Below are positions 39,159 through 45,266 of a stretch of 64,000 nucleotides of DNA, piece after piece. The first letter of the stretch is position 1; each line of letters starts with the position of its first letter. The notes under the pieces are model-generated. The model made no database searches, was not told the origin of the DNA, and saw nothing but the letters and a program-made list of their open reading frames with translations. The stretch spans positions 1 through 64,000 of IMG/VR virus record IMGVR_UViG_3300030107_000800; one strand, written 5' to 3'. Position numbers and translations under genes: made by a program. This DNA is from a virus.

Positions 39159-39198
39159 AATAAAAAAGAGAGAGATTAGGGAAATAAAAATGTGCATG

Positions 39199-39221
39199 AA
39201 AAGAGGGGGATTGCTCCCCCT
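39199..39221 (-). terminator. Rho-independent terminator
   Basis: AGGGGGA-gcaa-TCCCCCT followed by cTTTT, 5 nt after a stop codon. Confidence 0.8.
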
Positions 39222-39226
39222 AATTG

Positions 39227-39391
39227 TTACTTAAGAGGAAGGATTGGGCATGAGTTTGTGTAATTAACTACCTTGGAATCTACTCCGCAATAGTTTAACA
39301 AATACGCTTCAATCTCTTCCGCAAAATGTTTAGAATTAAACTCGGATTGTTCATCAAAAATGAAATCACAAGTGAAGCGATATGTGGTCAT
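39227..39391 (-). CDS. Small early protein (54 aa, MTTYRFTCDFIFDEQ...)
   Basis: Manual translation. Confidence 0.65.
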   Translation of the reverse strand: MTTYRFTCDFIFDEQSEFNSKHFAEEIEAYLLNYCGVDSKVVNYTNSCPILPLK

Positions 39392-39393
39392 AA

Positions 39394-39570
39394 TTAACAC
39401 ATTGCCTCAAATCTTTCCATAGTTGTTGACTCTAACTGGTCACGAGTTCCCTGACTAAATGATAACAATTCATCCATCATTGCGACAGTTAATTTGTTAC
39501 TTAGTCTGAAATCTTCATAAACTTCATCATAAAGATTTTCAAGGATTGATTCATTGTTGATGTTAGACAT
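39394..39570 (-). CDS. Small acidic early protein (probable start 39570, MSNINNESILENLYDEV...)
   Basis: ORF track, start overlaps the upstream stop. Confidence 0.7.
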   Translation of the reverse strand: MSNINNESILENLYDEVYEDFRLSNKLTVAMMDELLSFSQGTRDQLESTTMERFEAMC

Positions 39571-39712
39571 TGGCAAAAAACTTGTTACAAAAGGACTCGT
39601 AATCATCAGGGTTGATGTTATCGGGAAGACCGCAATCGTTGAAGAAAGTTATCATATCGAGCAAAACTTGATCTTCTTCGGATGTTAGTCTGTAAGTAAA
39701 TTCGTTAGGCAT
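39563..39712 (-). CDS. Small acidic early protein (49 aa, MPNEFTYRLTSEEDQ...)
   Basis: Manual translation, first gene after the promoter at 39741. Confidence 0.7.
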   Translation of the reverse strand: MPNEFTYRLTSEEDQVLLDMITFFNDCGLPDNINPDDYESFCNKFFANV

Positions 39713-39725
39713 TAAATGTAAAGAA

Positions 39726-39818
39726 TTTGTTTACTCTTTTATTATACAGACAAATTGCAACAAATAGGGCAAATGTAACGGATTACAACAGAGGCGAGGA
39801 CAGTTTATAAACTGGTCG
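39726..39818 (-). promoter_or_regulatory. Early promoter, class A (-10 TATAAT, palindrome 51 nt from -10); 65-bp near-identical repeat of 40936-41000
   Basis: attata 39741-46, tgtaacggattacaaca 39774-90, CAGTT-tata-AACTG 39801-14. Confidence 0.85.
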
Positions 39819-39832
39819 GGGCCTTGGGCATT

Positions 39833-39961
39833 TTAGTCGTGTGCTGTGTAATCATATTCCATAGAAACAATTTCATTGCAGTGTGCCTCTAATGCCTCAT
39901 CCTCATTAGGATGTGCATCATAATACTTTAACTCTTCGCGGATGTATTCTTCAAACGTCAT
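39833..39961 (-). CDS. Small acidic early protein (42 aa, MTFEEYIREELKYYD...)
   Basis: Manual translation, GGAGG upstream. Confidence 0.65.
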   Translation of the reverse strand: MTFEEYIREELKYYDAHPNEDEALEAHCNEIVSMEYDYTAHD

Positions 39962-40067
39962 TGTTAGTTTCCTCCGCAATTAGTTGTTTATATTCATCAC
40001 TATCAATGGAATAATATCCATTTTCAGTGATAACGTATCCATGAATGATTAGATAGTTAGTTGACAT
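39951..40067 (-). CDS. Small early protein (38 aa, MSTNYLIIHGYVITENG...)
   Basis: Manual translation, GGAGG upstream. Confidence 0.6.
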   Translation of the reverse strand: MSTNYLIIHGYVITENGYYSIDSDEYKQLIAEETNNDV

Positions 40068-40097
40068 TTTCCTCCATGAAATTGTTTTTAATTGTTG

Positions 40098-40289
40098 TTA
40101 TTTAGATGGATAATATGCAATGAAATCTTCTTGACTTGCATCCCATAATAGCACGAATTGTTTTAACCAATCCTGCTCAAATTGCGATAGTTTATAAACA
40201 TCTTGCTCGTCTGCACTTACATGAGGTAAATCATACTTAGAGCAAAAATCTTCATAGACTGTTGTTAAGAAGTCAATGGAATCAATCAT
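40098..40289 (-). CDS. Small acidic early protein (63 aa)
   Basis: ORF track. Confidence 0.7.
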   Translation of the reverse strand: MIDSIDFLTTVYEDFCSKYDLPHVSADEQDVYKLSQFEQDWLKQFVLLWDASQEDFIAYYPSK

Positions 40290-40350
40290 GGTAAATTAAA
40301 AGAATAGTGTGTGCATTAAATGTTAATTAGTCGATCAAATTGTAAACTGT

Positions 40351-40530
40351 CTATGAGAATAATGGTCTCATATAGTCTTTGAATTCTTCACACATAGCAT
40401 GTGCTAAAATTCTTAATTGTTTATCATCACTGTTATTTCCATCTGCTATTAGTTCATCATAGCACGCTTGCCTGATACCTAAATCAGTAATATCGTACTC
40501 GTGAAGTTTAACGTGCTTGAAAAATGACAT
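40351..40530 (-). CDS. Small early protein (59 aa, MSFFKHVKLHEYDITD...FKDYMRPLFS)
   Basis: Manual translation. Confidence 0.7.
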   Translation of the reverse strand: MSFFKHVKLHEYDITDLGIRQACYDELIADGNNSDDKQLRILAHAMCEEFKDYMRPLFS

Positions 40531-40566
40531 AGAAAAATGTTAATTAGTAGTAGAACAGTTGTTAAT

Positions 40567-40593
40567 AAAAAAGAGGGGAGATTGCATCCCCTC
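40567..40593 (-). terminator. Rho-independent terminator
   Basis: GAGGGGA-tgcaatc-TCCCCTC followed by TTTTTT after a stop codon. Confidence 0.85.
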
Positions 40594-40601
40594 GTTGTTA
40601 C

Positions 40602-40922
40602 TTAGTGGTTTAATTCGATTCCAGAGTAGAAAGGAATTGTCCCACCTGATTGTAAATTAACGAACCAATTCCAATTCTTTTGATATACACCAGATCCAAC
40701 ATGAAAATCATCTAAAATTGCATTTAGTCTTGATTTTGTAGTGTTAGACTGCCAACCTCCGTCAAATAGTTGCACGAAATGTTGTGAAACTTTGGCGATA
40801 AAGTTGCCGTGTAAGTAAACTAAAGCATCGTTGGAATCGTTGATGACGACTGCGGTGTTGCCACTTCTCCAGTCACGTCTGCCTCTAATGGCAGAATTCA
40901 TTTGAGATTCGATTTTACGCAT
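40602..40922 (-). CDS. Conserved phage early protein (106 aa)
   Basis: MRKIE..M...GNT.V...VYLHGN.IA...DGGWQSNTTKSRLNA pattern. Single gene bracketed by promoter and terminator. Confidence 0.8.
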   Translation of the reverse strand: MRKIESQMNSAIRGRRDWRSGNTAVVINDSNDALVYLHGNFIAKVSQHFVQLFDGGWQSNTTKSRLNAILDDFHVGSGVYQKNWNWFVNLQSGGTIPFYSGIELNH

Positions 40923-40935
40923 GTAAAAAACTTGT

Positions 40936-41027
40936 TTTGTTTACTCTTCTATTATACAGACGAATGAGACCAAATAGGGCAAATGTAACGGATTACAACA
41001 AAAATAAATCAGTTTGCCAACTGGCAC
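40936..41027 (-). promoter_or_regulatory. Early promoter, class A (-10 TATAAT, palindrome 50 nt from -10)
   Basis: attata 40951-56, tgtaacggattacaaca 40984-41000, CAGTT-tgcc-AACTGGCAC 41010-27. Confidence 0.85.
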
Positions 41028-41029
41028 AT

Positions 41030-41054
41030 AAAAAACGGACTCTTTAGAGTCCGT
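41030..41054 (-). terminator. Rho-independent terminator overlapping a stop codon
   Basis: AACGGACTC-taaa-GAGTCCGTT followed by a T run. Confidence 0.8.
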
Positions 41055-41226
41055 TCATATAATCGTGGATCGCTTCCATGTATTCGGCATACGTTGAATA
41101 ACGATCTTTGAAACTGTCGGGAACTTCTCGCTTGAGATGTTTTTGGCATGACTCGCGGATCTCGCTTGCAGTGTATCCCTTTTGAATGAGTGAAGGGAAA
41201 AACTCGTTTAAAGTTGAATTATTCAT
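41044..41226 (-). CDS. Small early protein (60 aa), probably leaderless
   Basis: The ATG is the 7th nt after a TAGACT -10 box. Confidence 0.72.
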   Translation of the reverse strand: MNNSTLNEFFPSLIQKGYTASEIRESCQKHLKREVPDSFKDRYSTYAEYMEAIHDYMNGL

Positions 41227-41232
41227 ATAGAC

Positions 41233-41309
41233 AGTCTAAACGATCACGCACAAAAAAACGGCGTATGTAACGCCGTTGTAACAATTTAGGTCAGTTTCTA
41301 AACTGTCCA
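41233..41309 (-). promoter_or_regulatory. Early promoter, class A (-10 TAGACT, palindrome 50 nt from -10) with embedded terminator hairpin at 41252-41277
   Basis: agtcta 41233-38, AACGGCGT-tacat-ACGCCGTT plus T run, CAGTT-tcta-AACTG 41292-305. Confidence 0.75.
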
Positions 41310-41642
41310 TGCTTTAACTTGTTTTACCAGTTGAGCATGGTATGGTGTAATAAATGATACACCTTTAGAAAAATCTCTGAATAGTTCTTGAATTTCAAAC
41401 TGGTGGATTGCCCAACGAGTTTGTATATCCTTGAGATAACGATCTCCAGAAATTAGTCTAGCAGTTGAAGGACGCTTGAGCGTTGTAACTTTTGATACTG
41501 CCTTGCCACCTTTAAAAGTAGTGGTGGTCACTTTCGCAACTGTCACAGGTTTTGTCTGCTTTGCTGCTGGTTTTGCTTTGCGTGTTCTGGTCTTCCTTAC
41601 TGGTTTAGTTGAGGTTGACTTAACAGTTGAAGCGGTTGGCAT
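41298..41642 (-). CDS. Early protein (114 aa) with K/T/R-rich histone-tail-like N-terminus and an ISxxxYxxDxxxRWxIHxxE domain
   Basis: ORF track. C-terminal domain resembles 48565-48867. Confidence 0.78.
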   Translation of the reverse strand: MPTASTVKSTSTKPVRKTRTRKAKPAAKQTKPVTVAKVTTTTFKGGKAVSKVTTLKRPSTARLISGDRYLKDIQTRWAIHQFEIQELFRDFSKGVSFITPYHAQLVKQVKAWTV

Positions 41643-41668
41643 ACGTTAAAAAACGAATTTACTCTTCC

Positions 41669-41773
41669 ATTATACAGACGAATTGTTGACAAACTCGAAA
41701 ATCGTTACACTATGCAACAAAAAAGTCCAGTTTGTCAACTGTCCGTGGCCTTGTGCCAATTTCTAACTGTCAC
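41669..41773 (-). promoter_or_regulatory. Early promoter, class A (-10 TATAAT, palindrome 50 nt from -10) plus a second upstream palindrome
   Basis: attata 41669-74, cgttacactatgcaaca 41703-19, CAGTT-tgtc-AACTG 41728-41, gtgccaatttctaactgtcac 41753-73. Confidence 0.82.
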
Positions 41774-41924
41774 CCCCATTTGTTTCTCTATAGTCTTTGA
41801 ATTTATTTACTTTCTTTTTACTTTGCCTCTTAACATTTTTGACTGTGTAACCAAAATCCTCGAAATCTTCATCAAATTGTTGATAATCAACATAAGAAGA
41901 TGACTTGATATTATGTGTAGTCAT
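41763..41924 (-). CDS. Small protein (53 aa, ...FDEDFEDFGYTVKNVKRQSKKKVNKFK...), acidic then basic
   Basis: Manual translation, GAGG SD-like motif and ATAAATA (41953-59) upstream. Confidence 0.7.
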   Translation of the reverse strand: MTTHNIKSSSYVDYQQFDEDFEDFGYTVKNVKRQSKKKVNKFKDYRETNGGDS

Positions 41925-41968
41925 AGGGGTGAATTACCTCGTTAATTAACATTATTTATTTTAAATTG

Positions 41969-42217
41969 TCATGCTTCAACATCAGTTAGTACACCAGATT
42001 TCCTGCTATTTGATATAAATCTGCCCAAACTTGCCTCTTTATTGTTTAATTCAACGCCAGTTAATACTTCACACAAATTATTACTGAAATCTGCTATATT
42101 TTCGCAATTATATACATATTCCTTGGCAATATTACTGTTATATGTAACAAATACCTGATTTTCCTTGGTTTCTATTGAATTAATTGCCGATGAGTCGAAT
42201 CTTGAATAAAATGTCAT
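41969..42217 (-). CDS. KTSC-like small protein (82 aa)
   Basis: SSAINSI....VFVTY.....YVY...SLGRFI pattern resembles KTSC domains. Confidence 0.55.
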   Translation of the reverse strand: MTFYSRFDSSAINSIETKENQVFVTYNSNIAKEYVYNCENIADFSNNLCEVLTGVELNNKEASLGRFISNSRKSGVLTDVEA

Positions 42218-42411
42218 TGTTTTTTAGTAATTTGTAGAATAAAGTGTTAAATAGGCACGCGAATAACGTTTTCCACAACCCTGTGAAAAACTTTATAACT
42301 TATAATTCTCAAAAGTCTTAAAAATTAATAAAAATGAGATTATAAGATTTTATAAAAAGTGAAAAACTCGCTTTTCTGAGTTTTTTGGATTTCCTCGAAT
42401 GTCATAAACCA

Positions 42412-42469
42412 ATTATAACGGATTTCCGAGTGTTTTGGAGACACCTTGTGCCACTTTGTGAACTGGACT
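42412..42469 (-). promoter_or_regulatory. Early promoter, class B (-10 TATAAT, palindrome 31 nt from -10)
   Basis: attata 42412-17, gtgccactttgtgaactggact 42448-69. Confidence 0.78.
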
Positions 42470-42496
42470 CGGAATGTTACAAAGTATTTCAGGGGG

Positions 42497-42525
42497 TTGA
42501 CATTTCGTTCGATAGGTGGTAGCCT
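42497..42525 (+). promoter_or_regulatory. Plus-strand sigma70-type promoter TTGACA-N17-TAGCCT with TGn extension, no convincing downstream ORF
   Basis: ttgaca 42497-502, tagcct 42520-25. Confidence 0.55.
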
Positions 42526-42676
42526 TAGACACCTTCGTGAGCGTCACATAGTTCACACATACTATATTTAATTAACCATTTATAAAGTTTTCCACAACAA
42601 CCTCCTAAACCTGTGGAAAACCCAGTGATAGCAATGTGCGGATGGTTACTCAAGGATAGTATCCTGAGAACATTTC

Positions 42677-42868
42677 TCAATAGTCTGTATCAACCTCCTT
42701 GAAACACATTTCGATGATAGTTTGTCTATCTAATTTGTCACCATGTGATGCCATTAGTCTGTGGAAAACTACATCTAATTCTTTATACTGACCATAACTT
42801 ATGTCAGTCCATGCTCTAGGAAATAGTTCTTGTTGTGATGCCATTTCTTTTGTTGTTAATGTGAGCAT
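42677..42868 (-). CDS. Small early protein (63 aa)
   Basis: ORF track, TAATG coupling. Confidence 0.65.
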   Translation of the reverse strand: MLTLTTKEMASQQELFPRAWTDISYGQYKELDVVFHRLMASHGDKLDRQTIIEMCFKEVDTDY

Positions 42869-43044
42869 TAGTATGCTGCCCTTAGTAGTGAGTACATTTT
42901 GTCACGAACTTGATGAGTGTCCTCTTCTGCTCCCTCGTATGGTTGTGATTGAGCATAGCAGTCAAGTGCCTGATCTATCACATCCCATTGTGCTTGAGTG
43001 AAGAAATCATACATCAAGTTGAGTTCTTTGTGAGAATAGTTCAT
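42868..43044 (-). CDS. Small early protein (58 aa, MNYSHKELNLMYDFFT...)
   Basis: Manual translation, TAATG coupling at both ends. Confidence 0.7.
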   Translation of the reverse strand: MNYSHKELNLMYDFFTQAQWDVIDQALDCYAQSQPYEGAEEDTHQVRDKMYSLLRAAY

Positions 43045-43304
43045 TAGTGCTTTAACTGACCATTATCATCATACCACTCATCAGTGACATTTTCCAACTC
43101 TACACCAGTATTGAAACATCCTGTAACATTATTATTGTTTAGGATGTGGATAAACTCATTGTATTCTTGTGTAGTGTATGCTCTCTTGTCACTAGGGTGG
43201 AAGTCTTGCCAGTCAGTTCCTTCTATTTTATATGATAGTGTGTTATCATTGTTATGATAGTATTCTATTTCAGTACCATCATGTGATACAAATACATTAC
43301 GCAT
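43044..43304 (-). CDS. Acidic early protein (probable start 43304)
   Basis: ORF track, GGAGG upstream. Confidence 0.7.
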   Translation of the reverse strand: MRNVFVSHDGTEIEYYHNNDNTLSYKIEGTDWQDFHPSDKRAYTTQEYNEFIHILNNNNVTGCFNTGVELENVTDEWYDDNGQLKH

Positions 43305-43422
43305 TGTCATCCTCCAATGGTACTTCAAATGTTACCTCAAAGAAATCAGTGAAGTCCTCGTAACGTGTTATCTTAACAGGACATTCATTTAACCACTCTT
43401 GAAATTCTGTGTACTGTGACAT
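43297..43422 (-). CDS. Small acidic early protein (41 aa, MSQYTEFQEWLNECPV...)
   Basis: Manual translation, GGAGG SD. Confidence 0.7.
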   Translation of the reverse strand: MSQYTEFQEWLNECPVKITRYEDFTDFFEVTFEVPLEDDNA

Positions 43423-43604
43423 TAATACTTACCTCCAGTATTGTTTACATCAATGAATGTGTTACTATCTTGTGCTTCCCTTATCTTATCAAATACATTC
43501 TCTATTTCTATTGGACATTCATCTATCATATCCAAATCTAACATTGTTTCGTACAATTTATTCATTTGATATGCTTCATCAAATGTGAGATTAATTGATA
43601 ACAT
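43422..43604 (-). CDS. Small acidic early protein (60 aa)
   Basis: ORF track. Confidence 0.7.
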   Translation of the reverse strand: MLSINLTFDEAYQMNKLYETMLDLDMIDECPIEIENVFDKIREAQDSNTFIDVNNTGGKY

Positions 43605-43618
43605 TTGTTTACTGAATT

Positions 43619-43683
43619 AAGGAATGGGACTTACAGGACGTAATTTCTCAACTGGATCAAGACAACCATAGATCCCTGCCCTA
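43619..43683 (-). ncRNA. Candidate structured 5' leader / small RNA
   Basis: GC-richer non-coding stretch starting at the predicted TSS, with GGAUC/GAUCC and CAGG/CCUG pairings and an AGUU-GAGA-AAUU GNRA hairpin. Confidence 0.35.
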
Positions 43684-43688
43684 TTAAT

Positions 43689-43746
43689 ATAATACATCAT
43701 TTTGGGATGATTACTATTGGCCTTGTGACACTAATCTAACTGTCTT
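43689..43746 (-). promoter_or_regulatory. Early promoter, class B (-10 TATTAT, palindrome 31 nt from -10)
   Basis: ataata 43689-94, gtgacactaatctaactgtctt 43725-46. 25 bp identical to 45010-34. Confidence 0.8.
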
Positions 43747-43758
43747 CCTATGAGATGT

Positions 43759-43986
43759 TCATGCAATGTCCTCCTTTAGAATAAACCAATCTTGACGAAA
43801 TACTATCTCATTATCAACTTCTTCCCCTAACTTGTTAAATGATTTGTTTAAACAAGGAACACCAAGTTTCCCATCTGGGTATAAACTATCGAGCATAATC
43901 TTGAACCATTGGTTATTAGCATCATGCTCAAATTGTTCTAAATCAGGAAAGAAAGTTTGACTCCAATTAGTATCATTGTATTTCAT
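43759..43986 (-). CDS. Small early protein (75 aa)
   Basis: ORF track, GGAGG SD. Confidence 0.72.
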   Translation of the reverse strand: MKYNDTNWSQTFFPDLEQFEHDANNQWFKIMLDSLYPDGKLGVPCLNKSFNKLGEEVDNEIVFRQDWFILKEDIA

Positions 43987-44202
43987 TCAATTAACCTCCT
44001 TTAAGTTAGAATTAATGTAATCAATTTGCTCTTGTGTTGTTAATGGTTTTTCAGCATCTTCATCATAAATGCGAATTGATAACTCTGCATCTTGTGATAA
44101 TGCAATGCCCTCATCATCAAGTGCTTCCCATATACGGTTAGCAATTTGTGAATGTTTGTCCTCTGGTATTACTTCCCATAGGTTAATGTAATCTTGGTTC
44201 AT
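43987..44202 (-). CDS. Small acidic early protein (71 aa)
   Basis: ORF track, ATGA coupling. Confidence 0.72.
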   Translation of the reverse strand: MNQDYINLWEVIPEDKHSQIANRIWEALDDEGIALSQDAELSIRIYDEDAEKPLTTQEQIDYINSNLKEVN

Positions 44203-44408
44203 TTGTAACTTGTTAATGGGTGGATTAAATTAAGTGTGTAATCAATATTTCTTATGCACCATCCTGTAACATCACTTATCTTATCTACCAACTCATCTTC
44301 ATCTTCTACTTCCCATATACCTAGTGCGGTATCATGTAATGAAATCTCTTCATCAAATGTTAATTCATCATCAGTATCAAATTCAATGTCAGTAACTAGA
44401 ATTTTCAT
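44199..44408 (-). CDS. Small acidic early protein (probable start 44408; ...EDELVDKISDVTGWCI...)
   Basis: GGAGG SD, ATGA coupling. Confidence 0.72.
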   Translation of the reverse strand: MKILVTDIEFDTDDELTFDEEISLHDTALGIWEVEDEDELVDKISDVTGWCIRNIDYTLNLIHPLTSYK

Positions 44409-44566
44409 GCTACCTCCCAATCTGATTTGTTGACTGATTCTCTGCAACATTGGCATGTAATTGCCGACCAACAAAAATGATATACTCTGTTGTATTGTTG
44501 GCATTTAGGACATACAATTTCTTTACCATTGTATCCTGCCCTAGTGTAACGATTGACTTTACTCAT
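44405..44566 (-). CDS. Small zinc-ribbon protein (probable start 44566; CPKC...HF.WSA..CQCC)
   Basis: Two CxxC pairs. Confidence 0.72.
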   Translation of the reverse strand: MSKVNRYTRAGYNGKEIVCPKCQQYNRVYHFCWSAITCQCCRESVNKSDWEVA

Positions 44567-44804
44567 AATACTGTGGTCTTTGCTTAGGATACTGTTGAGT
44601 AATATTATCAACTAACTCATCATACAACTCAGGATCATAATTATCAATTTCTTCTTTTATCTCATCACTGCTGCACTTTTCATAGTATTCAGTCAGTTGA
44701 TCTGTTACTACTGCAACTAGAGTTTTGAGATCCATGCCATCTACAATTATTTCAACAAATTGTGATGCCACTTCTCTGTCTTGATCTTTGGTTAGATTAG
44801 GCAT
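44559..44804 (-). CDS. Acidic early protein (81 aa)
   Basis: ORF track, AGGAGG SD. Confidence 0.75.
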   Translation of the reverse strand: MPNLTKDQDREVASQFVEIIVDGMDLKTLVAVVTDQLTEYYEKCSSDEIKEEIDNYDPELYDELVDNITQQYPKQRPQYYE

Positions 44805-44955
44805 AGTGTCCTCCTTGTGCCTGTTCGACTGCTACCACATACCCAGTTCTTTCAAAGTATTCATGTGCTATATTACTTGCTTCTTCCAGTGATTTTGTAA
44901 ATTTAACTGGACTGGTGAATACACAATAGAATTGTGGAAGATCGGGATTGAGCAT
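44797..44955 (-). CDS. Small early protein (52 aa, MLNPDLPQFYCVFTSP...)
   Basis: Manual translation, first gene after a promoter. Confidence 0.68.
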   Translation of the reverse strand: MLNPDLPQFYCVFTSPVKFTKSLEEASNIAHEYFERTGYVVAVEQAQGGHYA

Positions 44956-44980
44956 AAGTGCCTTGCTTGACTACCTTTAT

Positions 44981-45038
44981 ATAATAACAGACCATGAGAG
45001 ATTATCCCATGGCCTTGTGACACTAATCTAACTGGTTG
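44981..45038 (-). promoter_or_regulatory. Early promoter, class B (-10 TATTAT, palindrome 31 nt from -10)
   Basis: ataata 44981-86, gtgacactaatctaactggttg 45017-38. Confidence 0.8.
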
Positions 45039-45266
45039 TTACTTGCGTGTGTTTTCCACATCATACTCTATGATGATCTTCTTAGATGCTCTACCAACAC
45101 TATTAAGTGTCTCAATACGCTCTACACTTCCGTTTAGACACGCTGCTATCTGAAGTATTTCAGATATTAGTTCACCTCTATCCATATACATGAACTGATC
45201 CTCCTGTAGGCGACTACAAGAGATCTCAGTGTCATCCTCGTAACACTTCACATCATTATTGTTCAT
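45039..45266 (-). CDS. Hypothetical protein (probable start 45266)
   Basis: AAGGAG SD, C-terminal KKIIIEYDV. Confidence 0.7.
   Translation of the reverse strand: MNNNDVKCYEDDTEISCSRLQEDQFMYMDRGELISEILQIAACLNGSVERIETLNSVGRASKKIIIEYDVENTRK

Larger units (their letters stand above)
42269..42768. other. DnaA-box cluster with AT-rich tract and divergent promoters (candidate replication origin or DnaA-titration site)
   Basis: TTTTCCACA at 42269 and 42588, its reverse complement at 42612 and 42760, a 1-mismatch copy at 42282, and an AT-rich tract at 42291-42366. Confidence 0.6.

Noticed and set aside
39774-39787. TGTAACGGATTACA as an NtcA site (also at 40984)
   Set aside because: The spacing is GTA-N6-TAC, not GTA-N8-TAC, and the other class A copies do not keep this palindrome.
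38003-40600. Post-stop TAAC...hairpin...GTT elements as integron attC sites
   Set aside because: Too short, lack L boxes and extrahelical bases, end in U-tracts like ordinary terminators, and no integrase is present in the window.
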